NCBI RefSeq assembly: GCF_053078305.1
Contig: NZ_CP166879.1
Direction: 5' to 3' (one strand)
DNA length: 64,000 bases
Within the stretch, counting starts at the first letter, position 1; every line of letters starts with the position of its first letter. Below the pieces are notes generated by a model. The model did no database searches and had not been told where the DNA came from. It worked only from the letters and a program-made list of their open reading frames with translations. This document shows positions 25,655-35,077 of the stretch, piece by piece. The position numbers were made by a program, and so were the translations under genes.

Positions 25655-28081
25655 TTATATTTTTTCGATCTCGACCAGATTCGTATGCTGCGGGTTTCCC
25701 TTCGCCAGTGGTGAAGGGCGCAGAGTGGTTAGCGTATTCACACAGCCTCCATGGTCGATTTTATCGCCAGACATATTGGCCTCGTGCCAGGCTCCCTGGC
25801 CCATAGCGCTAACTCCAGGGAGAATACGTGGTGTCACTTTGGCTGGTAGCCGAACTTCGCCACGATGGTTAAACACCCGCACCATATCGCCGTTGGCAAT
25901 CCCACGTTTCTGCGCATCTATAGGGTTGATCCACACCTCCTGACGGCAGGCAGCCTTCAGGAGATCAATATTGCCGTAGGTCGAGTGAGTACGGGATTTG
26001 TAATGGAAACCAAACAGTTGCAGTGGAAAGGTACTACGTTCAGGGGAGTCCCAGCCTTCAAAGGTTGAGGCATAAACTGGCAGTGGGCTTATCACTTCAT
26101 CTTTTTCCAGTTCCCAGGTACGGGCAATTTCCGCCAGCTTGCTGGAATAAATTTCAATCTTACCGGAAGGTGTTTTAAGTGGATTTGCCTCGGGGTCGTC
26201 ACGAAATGCTTTGTAGGCGACAAAATGACCATTGGGATCTTTACGCTTATAGATACCCATTTTTTTCAGTTCGTCGTAAGATGGTAACGCCGGATCTTTG
26301 GCAAGCATTTTGGCGTACAGATGTTGTAACCATTGTTCCTGCGTGCGACCTTCAGTGAACTTTTGATAGACGTCAGGTCCAAGACGTTTCGCGACTTCAC
26401 TCAGGATCCAGTAAATCGGTTTACGTTCGAATTTTTCGCTGGTGACTGGCTGGAGGAAAATGAGATATCCCATGTTACCGGCGTAGTCGTTAGGAATAAT
26501 ATCTTCCTGCTCAACGGTCATCAGGTCTGGCAGCAGAATGTCGGCATATTTTGCCGATGAGGTCATAAAGTTTTCGATGACCACAATCATTTCGCATTTC
26601 GATTCGTCCTGCAGAATTTCATGCGTTTTGTTGATGTCAGAATGCTGATTAACGAGGGTATTTCCCGCGTAGTTCCAGATGAACTTAATGGGCACATCCA
26701 GTTTATCTTTGCCGCGGACGCCATCGCGGATTGCCGTCATTTGCGGAACATGATCGATAGCATCTGTCCAGCTGAAGCAGGAAATTGACGTTTTGACCGG
26801 ATTATCCAGCACCGGCAGTCGCTCTATGGTAATGGTATAGGTCGATTCACGCGCGCCACTATTTCCGCCGCTGATGCCGACATTGCCCGTCAGAATAGGC
26901 AACATAGCAATAGCGCGTGCGGTCAGTTCGCCGTTTGCCTGGCGTTGCGGCCCCCAGCCCTGGCAGATATAAGCGGGTTTTGCTGTGCCAATTTCACGCG
27001 CCAGTTTGATGATACGGTCCACCGGGATACCGGTAATTTGCGAAGCCCACTGCGGCGTTTTCGCTGTGTTATCATCACCTTCACCAAGAATATAGGCTTT
27101 ATAGTGACCATTTTTGGGTGCATCTGCAGGTAAGGTTTTTTCGTCATAGCCGACGCAGTATTTATCGAGAAAAGGTTGATCAACGAGATTTTCGTTAATC
27201 AATACCCAGGCAATCCCCGCAACCAGCGCGGCATCGGTGCCCGGGCGAATAGGAAGCCATTCATCTTCACGACCAGCAGCCGTATCGGTATATCGCGGAT
27301 CGATAACAATCATTTTGGCGTTCGATTTCTCGCGCGCTTTTTCAAGAAGATAAGTGATGCCACCGCCGCTCATGCGGGTTTCTGCCGGGTTGTTACCAAA
27401 CATCACGACCAGCTTGCTGTTTTCAATATCCGTGGTGCTGTTGCCATCATTACTGCCGTAGGTGTAGGGCATGGCACAGGAAATTTGTGCGGTGCTGTAG
27501 GAGCCATACTGATTGAGTGAACCGCCGTAGCAGTTCATCAGGCGTTTGACCGCCGAGGCTGATGGCGAAGAGCGGGTCATATTGCCGCCAACGATCCCCG
27601 AAGAGTACTGAATATATACAGCCTCATTGCCATATTGTTCGACGGTTTTCTTCAGGCTACTGGCGATAGTATCCAGGGCTTCATCCCAGCTAATCCGTTC
27701 GAATTTGCCTTCGCCGCGTTTGCCCACGCGTTTCATTGGGTAATTCAAGCGATCGGGATGATTAATACGCCGACGGATGGAGCGACCACGCAAACAGGCG
27801 CGTACTTGATGATTGCCATACTCGTCGTTGCCGGTGTTGTCAGTTTCCACCCAGATCACTTCATTATCTTTAACATGCAGACGAAGTGCACAGCGGCTAC
27901 CACAGTTGACGGAACAGGCACCCCAGACCACTTTTTCGCTGGCCTGTTGTACTGCTGCCGCTGCACTGCGCAGGGTGAACGGTAAAGAAAAATCGCCTGC
28001 AGCCAGCGCCAGAGAACCTATTGCGGTAGATTTAACGAGTGTTCTGCGGCTGATGCCCACCATTTGTTCATTTTTGGACAT
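25655..28081 (-). CDS. ynfE: Molybdopterin oxidoreductase catalytic subunit YnfE (DmsA paralogue)
   Basis: 808-aa ORF with Tat signal (SRRTLVK); first gene of the ynfEFGH-dmsD operon. Confidence 0.9.
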   Translation of the reverse strand: MSKNEQMVGISRRTLVKSTAIGSLALAAGDFSLPFTLRSAAAAVQQASEKVVWGACSVNCGSRCALRLHVKDNEVIWVETDNTGNDEYGNHQVRACLRGRSIRRRINHPDRLNYPMKRVGKRGEGKFERISWDEALDTIASSLKKTVEQYGNEAVYIQYSSGIVGGNMTRSSPSASAVKRLMNCYGGSLNQYGSYSTAQISCAMPYTYGSNDGNSTTDIENSKLVVMFGNNPAETRMSGGGITYLLEKAREKSNAKMIVIDPRYTDTAAGREDEWLPIRPGTDAALVAGIAWVLINENLVDQPFLDKYCVGYDEKTLPADAPKNGHYKAYILGEGDDNTAKTPQWASQITGIPVDRIIKLAREIGTAKPAYICQGWGPQRQANGELTARAIAMLPILTGNVGISGGNSGARESTYTITIERLPVLDNPVKTSISCFSWTDAIDHVPQMTAIRDGVRGKDKLDVPIKFIWNYAGNTLVNQHSDINKTHEILQDESKCEMIVVIENFMTSSAKYADILLPDLMTVEQEDIIPNDYAGNMGYLIFLQPVTSEKFERKPIYWILSEVAKRLGPDVYQKFTEGRTQEQWLQHLYAKMLAKDPALPSYDELKKMGIYKRKDPNGHFVAYKAFRDDPEANPLKTPSGKIEIYSSKLAEIARTWELEKDEVISPLPVYASTFEGWDSPERSTFPLQLFGFHYKSRTHSTYGNIDLLKAACRQEVWINPIDAQKRGIANGDMVRVFNHRGEVRLPAKVTPRILPGVSAMGQGAWHEANMSGDKIDHGGCVNTLTTLRPSPLAKGNPQHTNLVEIEKI

Positions 28082-28180
28082 AACTCACTCCCTGTTCTTT
28101 ATCGTTATATAAAAGTTTATATATTGAATATTTAGCGCGCTAATAATAGAGGAAGTCTACCCATTTTGGGTTAAGAATTA

Positions 28181-28194
28181 TTAATCCATATCAA
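28181..28194. promoter_or_regulatory. Possible FNR-type site upstream of ynfE
   Basis: TTAATCCATATCAA resembles TTGAT-N4-ATCAA with one mismatch, about 100 bp upstream of the ynfE start; operon is known to be anaerobically expressed. Confidence 0.3.
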
Positions 28195-28278
28195 TAGAAG
28201 GGTATGAGTAATAAGGTGGGTTATGTTATATGTTCAAATCGCCGGATGCGTCGTATCCGGCGTTCAGTCGATAATGTA

Positions 28279-28584
28279 TTACTGCGGTTCGGCAGGCACG
28301 CCATCCTGGTTAGACTGCGCGGGAGCAGAGACGTTACCGCTGGTGGTGCGGGTGTAGAGAATTTTATGCGTATCATTAGCGCAATGCCCGACGACCTGGG
28401 AATCAGGCTGATCAACCTGGTCATTGGGTACAATACTTAACGTGAAGCTGCTTTCGGGTACGCCATTATTGATAATGCGTTGTGATATATCGCTCTGTAT
28501 GCGCTCACAGGATCCCGGCGCGGCGAGTACCGTGGGTGAGGAGAGGGCGAGCAGAAGCGCGGCACAGCAGGCTGAGAGTTTCAT
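28279..28584 (-). CDS. ynfD: Secreted protein YnfD (DUF1161)
   Basis: Translation MKLSACCAALLLALSSPTVLA (signal peptide); AAGGAG SD 6 nt upstream of this ATG. Confidence 0.8.
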   Translation of the reverse strand: MKLSACCAALLLALSSPTVLAAPGSCERIQSDISQRIINNGVPESSFTLSIVPNDQVDQPDSQVVGHCANDTHKILYTRTTSGNVSAPAQSNQDGVPAEPQ

Positions 28585-28691
28585 CATAAGCTCCTTACGC
28601 GAAGATAACTTCTTTAAGCATAGCATTTAACGTGTAAAGTACTGTATTTGCTACTATGATTGAGAATCATCTCTACTCTCTGGTGACTGAT

Positions 28692-29402
28692 GTGAAATAC
28701 AAATTACTGCCATGCTTACTCGCGATATTACTCACAGGATGTGACCGCACAGAGGTAACACTTTCATTTACTCCTGAGATGGCCAGTTTCTCTAATGAAT
28801 TCGATTTTGATCCGCTGCGTGGTCCGGTAAAAGATTTCACTCAGACATTAATGGATGAGCAAGGTGAAGTGACGAAACGTGTTTCTGGAACTTTGTCGGA
28901 AGAAGGCTGTTTTGATTCACTCGAATTACTGGATCTGGAAAATAATACCGTGGTCGCTCTGGTACTGGACGCCAATTATTACCGTGATGCCGAGACGCTG
29001 GAGAAGAGAGTACGTTTACAGGGAAAATGCCAGCTAGCGGAATTACCTTCCGCCGGGGTGAGTTGGGAAACCGATGATAATGGCTTCGTGATTAAAGCCA
29101 GCAGCAAACAGATGCAGATGGAATATCGCTATGATGATCAGGGGTATCCGCTGGGTAAAACCACGAAAAATAACGACAAAACATTATCTGTCAGCGCCAC
29201 GCCATCAACGGATCCGATCAAAAAATTAGATTACACAGCGGTTACTTTACTGAACAATCAACGGGTTGGTAATGTAAAACAGAGCTGTGAATATGACAGT
29301 CACGCCAATCCGGTGGACTGTCAGCTAATCATTGTTGATGAAGGAGTAAAACCCGCCGTCGAACGGGTTTACACCATCAAAAATACAATCGATTATTATT
29401 AA
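28692..29402 (+). CDS. ynfC: Lipoprotein YnfC (UPF0257)
   Basis: GTG start giving MKYKLLPCLLAILLTGC lipobox; 236 aa. Confidence 0.8.
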   Translation: MKYKLLPCLLAILLTGCDRTEVTLSFTPEMASFSNEFDFDPLRGPVKDFTQTLMDEQGEVTKRVSGTLSEEGCFDSLELLDLENNTVVALVLDANYYRDAETLEKRVRLQGKCQLAELPSAGVSWETDDNGFVIKASSKQMQMEYRYDDQGYPLGKTTKNNDKTLSVSATPSTDPIKKLDYTAVTLLNNQRVGNVKQSCEYDSHANPVDCQLIIVDEGVKPAVERVYTIKNTIDYY

Positions 29403-29404
29403 TG

Positions 29405-29965
29405 CTATTGTGCGGTCGGCTTCAGGAGAGTCTGACCCGGTGTTTTGTGCTCTGCCAGATACTGATGCTGGAATATACACATGCGAATGGCATTACGATA
29501 TTGACCATTAATAAAGAACTCATGCATCAATTCACCTTCAACCGTAAAGCCAAGCTTGCGGTAAATGTGAATCGCTTTTTCATTCTCTTTATCAACGATC
29601 AGATACAGCTTATAGAGATTGAGAACGGTGAAGCCATAGTCCATTGCTAATTTGGCGGCACGGGTTGCCAGACCTTTCCCTTGATACTCCGGGGAGATAA
29701 TTATCTGAAATTCTGCGCGGCGATGAACATGGTTAATTTCCACCAGCTCCACCAGACCGGCTTTTTCGCCGTCACATTCCACCACAAAGCGCCGTTCGCT
29801 CTGATCGTGAATATGCTTATCATACAGATCAGAGAGTTCAACAAAGGCTTCGTAGGGTTCCTCAAACCAGTAACGCATCACACTGGCGTTATTGTCGAGT
29901 TGATGTACATAGCGTAAATCTTCACGCTCCAGCGGGCGTAGCTTAACACTGTGGGCGCTTGGCAT
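29405..29965 (-). CDS. speG: Spermidine N1-acetyltransferase SpeG (GNAT)
   Basis: 186-aa [26 protein letters not shown]... with GNAT motifs. Confidence 0.9.
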   Translation of the reverse strand: MPSAHSVKLRPLEREDLRYVHQLDNNASVMRYWFEEPYEAFVELSDLYDKHIHDQSERRFVVECDGEKAGLVELVEINHVHRRAEFQIIISPEYQGKGLATRAAKLAMDYGFTVLNLYKLYLIVDKENEKAIHIYRKLGFTVEGELMHEFFINGQYRNAIRMCIFQHQYLAEHKTPGQTLLKPTAQ

Positions 29966-29999
29966 AACGTGTCCTTACATTCCTTAAATCAATAACAGG

Positions 30000-30341
30000 T
30001 TAGGGGGTAATAACGCGGCCAGTTCGACGGTCCAGGCAGCGCAAAGTATTTGGCTCCCAGTAGGCATTGATGTTGGCGCTTTGCTCACATTTATCGCGGT
30101 TATCAAAAGCGGCGTCGGCTTTATCCCACTCTTTTTCAGTGCGTTTATTCACTTTCTGACGCAGATTGCGCGTGTCATTCCATTGCTCTTTTTCCATAGC
30201 GGCGTGCTGGCGGCTTTGTGCACTGTCGCCAGACTCAATCACCAGTTTGTTAGTTTCGGCATGAACAGTTGTGCTCAATGCCAGTGCGCAAGGCAGCAGA
30301 AAAGCGAGCAGGCCGATTCGTTTGCTGAGAGTGATTTTCAT
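30000..30341 (-). CDS. ynfB: Secreted protein YnfB (UPF0482)
   Basis: 113-aa ORF with signal peptide; synteny. Confidence 0.8.
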
Positions 30342-30475
30342 AATTCATTCCCTGTGTGAATGATTAAAGGTGATTCTACACCATCCACTGCGAACGCAAA
30401 ACGTACCAGGAGGGTGTTTATATTGATGATATTATGTCGCCCTATAACTATACATGATGTCAATAAGTGACAAAG

Positions 30476-30802
30476 ATGATTAAAACAACGTTACTATTTT
30501 TTGCTACTGCGCTGTGTGAAATTATTGGATGCTTTCTGCCCTGGTTGTGGTTAAAACGAAACGCCAGTATCTGGCTGTTGCTTCCGGCGGGGATTTCACT
30601 GGCGCTGTTTGTCTGGTTGTTAACGTTGCATCCTGCGGCGAGTGGGCGTGTTTACGCGGCTTATGGTGGCGTTTATGTCTGCACGGCGTTGATGTGGCTG
30701 CGCGTTGTGGATGGCGTGAAACTGACTCTTTATGACTGGACGGGTGCGTTGATTGCGCTTTGCGGCATGTTGATCATTGTTGCGGGCTGGGGGCGCACGT
30801 AG
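30476..30802 (+). CDS. ynfA: Membrane protein YnfA (UPF0060)
   Basis: Translation [20 protein letters not shown]...; 108 aa, four TM helices. Confidence 0.8.
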
Positions 30803-31007
30803 GAACATAAATCCATTTTATCAATAAGATACGAGGAAGTGTCAGCTGACAAAAGGTATTCTATTTCATCTTTTGTCAACCGTTCACAGCGCAAATATAC
30901 GCCTTTTTTTGTGATCACTCCGGCTTTTTTTGATCTTCATACTTGTATGGTAGTAGCTCAGTTGCGTAGATTTCATGCATCACGACAAGCGATGCAAGGA
31001 ATCGAAC

Positions 31008-32222
31008 ATGAAGATCGTAAAGGCTGAAGTTTTTGTTACCTGTCCGGGGCGTAATTTCGTCACATTAAAAATCACCACTGAGGACGGTATTACGGGCCTT
31101 GGGGATGCCACCCTCAATGGACGTGAGCTTTCTGTGGCCTCTTATTTGCAGGATCACCTTTGTCCGCAGCTTATTGGTCGCGATGCGCACCGTATCGAAG
31201 ATATCTGGCAGTTTTTCTATAAAGGTGCTTACTGGCGTCGCGGTCCGGTTACGATGTCGGCCATTTCAGCGGTTGATATGGCGCTGTGGGATATTAAAGC
31301 CAAAGCTGCCAACATGCCGCTTTACCAGTTACTCGGCGGCGCGTCTCGTGAAGGGGTGATGGTTTATTGCCATACCACCGGTCACAGTATTGATGAAGCT
31401 CTGGATGATTATGCCCGTCATCAGGAGCTGGGATTCAAAGCCATCCGCGTGCAGTGCGGCATCCCTGGTATGAAAACCACCTACGGCATGTCGAAAGGTA
31501 AAGGTCTGGCTTATGAACCCGCAACCAAAGGACAGTGGCCGGAAGAGCAGCTGTGGTCGACGGAGAAATACCTCGATTTCATGCCGAAATTGTTTGACGC
31601 GGTACGTAACAAGTTTGGTTTTAATGAACATTTGCTGCATGACATGCACCATCGCTTAACGCCTATTGAAGCGGCGCGCTTTGGTAAAAGCATTGAAGAT
31701 TATCGCATGTTCTGGATGGAAGACCCGACGCCTGCGGAAAACCAGGAATGCTTCCGTCTCATTCGCCAACATACCATCACACCCATCGCGGTGGGTGAAG
31801 TCTTCAACAGCATCTGGGACTGCAAGCAACTGATTGAAGAGCAACTTATCGATTATATCCGCACCACGCTGACCCATGCAGGCGGAATTACCGGTATGCG
31901 CCGGATTGCCGATTTTGCTTCGTTGTATCAGGTACGTACTGGCTCACACGGTCCTTCCGATTTGTCACCAGTCTGCATGGCTGCGGCGCTGCACTTTGAT
32001 CTGTGGGTCCCCAATTTCGGTGTCCAGGAATACATGGGTTATTCCGAACAAATGCTCGAAGTCTTCCCGCACAACTGGACTTTCGATAACGGCTATATGC
32101 ATCCGGGAGACAAACCGGGTCTTGGCATCGAATTCGATGAAAAGCTGGCGGCGAAATATCCCTATGAACCTGCTTATCTGCCAGTCGCACGTCTGGAAGA
32201 TGGCACGCTGTGGAACTGGTAA
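31008..32222 (+). CDS. rspA: Starvation-sensing protein RspA (enolase superfamily, mannonate dehydratase-like)
   Basis: Translation [22 protein letters not shown]...; track ORF trimmed to the ATG at 31008. Confidence 0.9.
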   Translation: MKIVKAEVFVTCPGRNFVTLKITTEDGITGLGDATLNGRELSVASYLQDHLCPQLIGRDAHRIEDIWQFFYKGAYWRRGPVTMSAISAVDMALWDIKAKAANMPLYQLLGGASREGVMVYCHTTGHSIDEALDDYARHQELGFKAIRVQCGIPGMKTTYGMSKGKGLAYEPATKGQWPEEQLWSTEKYLDFMPKLFDAVRNKFGFNEHLLHDMHHRLTPIEAARFGKSIEDYRMFWMEDPTPAENQECFRLIRQHTITPIAVGEVFNSIWDCKQLIEEQLIDYIRTTLTHAGGITGMRRIADFASLYQVRTGSHGPSDLSPVCMAAALHFDLWVPNFGVQEYMGYSEQMLEVFPHNWTFDNGYMHPGDKPGLGIEFDEKLAAKYPYEPAYLPVARLEDGTLWNW

Positions 32223-32233
32223 GGAGTAAGATA

Positions 32234-33253
32234 ATGAAAAGCATATTAATTGAAAAACCGAATCAACTGGCGATTGTCGAACGTGAAATACCCACCCCGT
32301 CAGCGGGTGAAGTTCGAGTAAAAGTAAAACTTGCCGGAATTTGTGGTTCAGATAGCCATATTTATCGTGGGCATAATCCTTTTGCGAAATATCCGCGCGT
32401 CATTGGACATGAATTCTTTGGCGTCATTGATGCGGTGGGTGAAGGTGTGGCAAGCGCCAGAGTCGGTGAACGTGTTGCTGTCGATCCGGTGGTCAGCTGT
32501 GGTCATTGCTATCCGTGCTCTATAGGTAAGCCGAACGTTTGTACGACACTGGCTGTATTAGGTGTGCACGCTGACGGTGGTTTCAGTGAATATGCCGTGG
32601 TTCCGGCAAAAAATGCGTGGAAAATTCCTGAAGCAGTGGCCGATCAATATGCGGTGATGATCGAACCTTTTACCATTGCGGCTAACGTAACCGGTCATGG
32701 TCAACCGACTGAAAATGATACCGTTCTGGTTTACGGTGCCGGTCCAATCGGCCTGACGATCGTTCAGGTATTAAAAGGCGTCTATAACGTTAAAAATGTG
32801 ATTGTTGCCGATCGCATTGATGAACGACTGGAAAAAGCGAAAGAGAGCGGGGCTGACTGGGTGATTAATAACAGCCAGACACCGCTTGGCGAGATTTTCG
32901 CTGAAAAAGGCATCAAGCCGACATTAATTATCGATGCGGCTTGTCATCCTTCTATCTTGAAAGAGGCCGTAACGCTGGCTTCTCCAGCGGCACGTATTGT
33001 ATTGATGGGGTTCTCCAGTGAACCGTCTGAAGTGATTCAGCAAGGAATTACCGGAAAAGAACTCTCTATTTTCTCTTCACGCTTAAATGCAAATAAATTT
33101 CCGGTCGTTATCGACTGGTTAAGTAAAGGGTTAATTAAACCAGAAAAATTAATTACCCATACGTTTGATTTTCAGCATGTTGCTGATGCCATTAGTTTAT
33201 TTGAACAGGATCAAAAACATTGCTGCAAAGTCTTACTCACTTTTTCTGAATAA
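32234..33253 (+). CDS. rspB: Starvation-sensing protein RspB (zinc-type alcohol dehydrogenase family)
   Basis: Translation MKSILIEKPNQLAIVER..., GHEFFG zinc motif, GAGPIG Rossmann motif. Confidence 0.9.
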   Translation: MKSILIEKPNQLAIVEREIPTPSAGEVRVKVKLAGICGSDSHIYRGHNPFAKYPRVIGHEFFGVIDAVGEGVASARVGERVAVDPVVSCGHCYPCSIGKPNVCTTLAVLGVHADGGFSEYAVVPAKNAWKIPEAVADQYAVMIEPFTIAANVTGHGQPTENDTVLVYGAGPIGLTIVQVLKGVYNVKNVIVADRIDERLEKAKESGADWVINNSQTPLGEIFAEKGIKPTLIIDAACHPSILKEAVTLASPAARIVLMGFSSEPSEVIQQGITGKELSIFSSRLNANKFPVVIDWLSKGLIKPEKLITHTFDFQHVADAISLFEQDQKHCCKVLLTFSE

Positions 33254-33310
33254 TACCAATAACGGCGAGTAAGTAGTACGCATCTTACCTCTTTTTTAGA
33301 GATAACCATT

Positions 33311-33418
33311 ATGACAATAGAAAAACACGAAAGAAGCACTAAGGATTTGGTGAAAGCAGCGGTATCGGGATGGCTGGGCACTGCGCTTGAATTTATGGAT
33401 TTCAAGAGTCATGCATAG
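33311..33418 (+). pseudogene. ydfJ: 5' fragment of MHS-family transporter gene ydfJ, truncated by prophage insertion
   Basis: ORF MTIEKHERSTKDLVKAAVSGWLGTALEFMDF then stop after only 35 codons; the G-x3-E-[FW]-x-DF motif is the start of an MHS transporter; an integrase gene begins immediately downstream. Confidence 0.6.
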
Positions 33419-33446
33419 TAACCATTTGATAAATATTAAATTAATT

Positions 33447-34721
33447 TTACCCCGCCTTGTTATGGGGCATGGTTGGGGCAAACTCGCTTAGCTGTGTATT
33501 TAACAGCGTTACCTGTGCATTATTATTTTCTGACATCCATTTTCCGTACACCTGAAACACCATTTGCGCATCGGCATGCCCCATCTGGTTTGCTATGAAT
33601 GCAGGATTAGCACCAGCTGTTAGCGACCAGCAGGCATAAGTATGTCTCGACTGATATGATTTTCGGTGGCGGAGTCCTGCTCGTTTTATTGCTGCGTCCC
33701 ACATCTGTCTTATTGAGTCAACAGTAAAATGGTCACCATAATTTTTTACTCTCGCTGACACTTCAGGTTGAAAAACAAAGGTGCATTTTTGTTTTTCTGT
33801 TCTGCCATACTCTCTGAGGTGAACATCAATGATATGCTCTTTGCTCAGTCTCGTTAGTGTCATCTGATTCTGGAGGGCCTCGATTGCTGGCTTAATAAGG
33901 TGAATTACACGATTAGTCCCCGCCTGTGTTTTTGGTACCGTAAAATGGTCTTTTGCTAAATTTCTCCTGATCATCATTGTTCCATTTTTCAGATCTATGT
34001 CCTCCCATCCAAGTGCACACAACTCACCAGGGCGAACGCCAGTATAAACAGAAACACACCACAAATTTTTGGCTTGCTGATTTCTGCACGCATCTATAAG
34101 GCGGATAAATTCCTCCCGCGAAAGAGGATCTGGAATGGTTCTTGATTCCTTTAATGGCGATATCCCCTTAAACGGATTATCTGCCAGGTAGCTGTTATCA
34201 ACACCAAACTGGAACACGGCGTTAAGATTTGTCATGTAATTATTTACGGTAACAGCCGATCTCCCGGGTTGTGTAACAATATAGTTACTTTTGGGGATCT
34301 GGTATCCAGTCAGTAACTCTTTACGAACCTCCAGTAATTTTTCTTTATTAATCGATGAGGCAAGATTTTTTTCACCGATTATGCTCAGGATATTTTTGAT
34401 GACGGCACGGTATGTATTGAGTGAACTTCTGGCAACTTCGGCCTCTTTTAGTGCCAGAAATTTTTCGGCCAGTTCACCTATAGTCAAATTTTGTCTGGCT
34501 TCCCCAAATTTTTCCAGATTGTGGGAGTAGGGGAACTGTTTTGCGTAGTCAAAAATCCCCGTTTTTATTGCGTAACAAACAGAAGCGCGTAGTTCACCAG
34601 CGATGCGTCTGTTTTTTACTGTGTCAGGGACACCGAGGTTTTCCCTGACTCTTACGCCTTTATAAACAAACCAGATGCGTAATGTCCCCCCGTGTTTTTC
34701 TACGCCTGTCGGATATTTCAT
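33447..34721 (-). CDS. int: Phage integrase (tyrosine recombinase)
   Basis: 424-aa ORF with C-terminal catalytic R...H-x-x-R...Y region (RHTYACWSLTAG...HADAQMVFQVYGKW); adjacent to the disrupted ydfJ. Confidence 0.9.
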   Translation of the reverse strand: MKYPTGVEKHGGTLRIWFVYKGVRVRENLGVPDTVKNRRIAGELRASVCYAIKTGIFDYAKQFPYSHNLEKFGEARQNLTIGELAEKFLALKEAEVARSSLNTYRAVIKNILSIIGEKNLASSINKEKLLEVRKELLTGYQIPKSNYIVTQPGRSAVTVNNYMTNLNAVFQFGVDNSYLADNPFKGISPLKESRTIPDPLSREEFIRLIDACRNQQAKNLWCVSVYTGVRPGELCALGWEDIDLKNGTMMIRRNLAKDHFTVPKTQAGTNRVIHLIKPAIEALQNQMTLTRLSKEHIIDVHLREYGRTEKQKCTFVFQPEVSARVKNYGDHFTVDSIRQMWDAAIKRAGLRHRKSYQSRHTYACWSLTAGANPAFIANQMGHADAQMVFQVYGKWMSENNNAQVTLLNTQLSEFAPTMPHNKAG

Positions 34722-34755
34722 GCCAGCTTCTCTCGTTGATTAGTGTTGTTTTGGA

Positions 34756-35007
34756 TTAAGCAAGGTGACGTCTTGGCCTTGCCGATGCCTGACGCTCGAT
34801 CCAGCGATCAATTTCTTCCAGATTGTAAAAACATGGGCTGTTATCCCACGGCATGCCGTCATGAGCGACATGTTTATACTCTCTCCCTTCCATAAATGAT
34901 TTTTCCCTGGCTTTTTTCAGTGTTCCTTTTTTTATTCCTTTCAGCGCAATTAACTGCTCTTCAGATACCCATTTGCCGGGAGAGACAATCATGATTACTT
35001 CACTCAT
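34756..35007 (-). CDS. xis: Putative excisionase
   Basis: 83-aa ORF immediately upstream of int on the same strand; typical xis position. Confidence 0.5.
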   Translation of the reverse strand: MSEVIMIVSPGKWVSEEQLIALKGIKKGTLKKAREKSFMEGREYKHVAHDGMPWDNSPCFYNLEEIDRWIERQASARPRRHLA

Positions 35008-35077
35008 CGCTTTTTATCTCTTACATCAGATGAGCGCCGGTTGCAGAATACCAGTCACAACCGGCGACGGTTGAACA

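Noticed and set aside
26923-27520. Antisense and alternate-frame ORFs within ynfE/ynfF (for example 26923..27183 and 27176..27520)
   Set aside because: They lie entirely inside well-supported long genes on the opposite strand and have no ribosome-binding sites; treated as frame noise.
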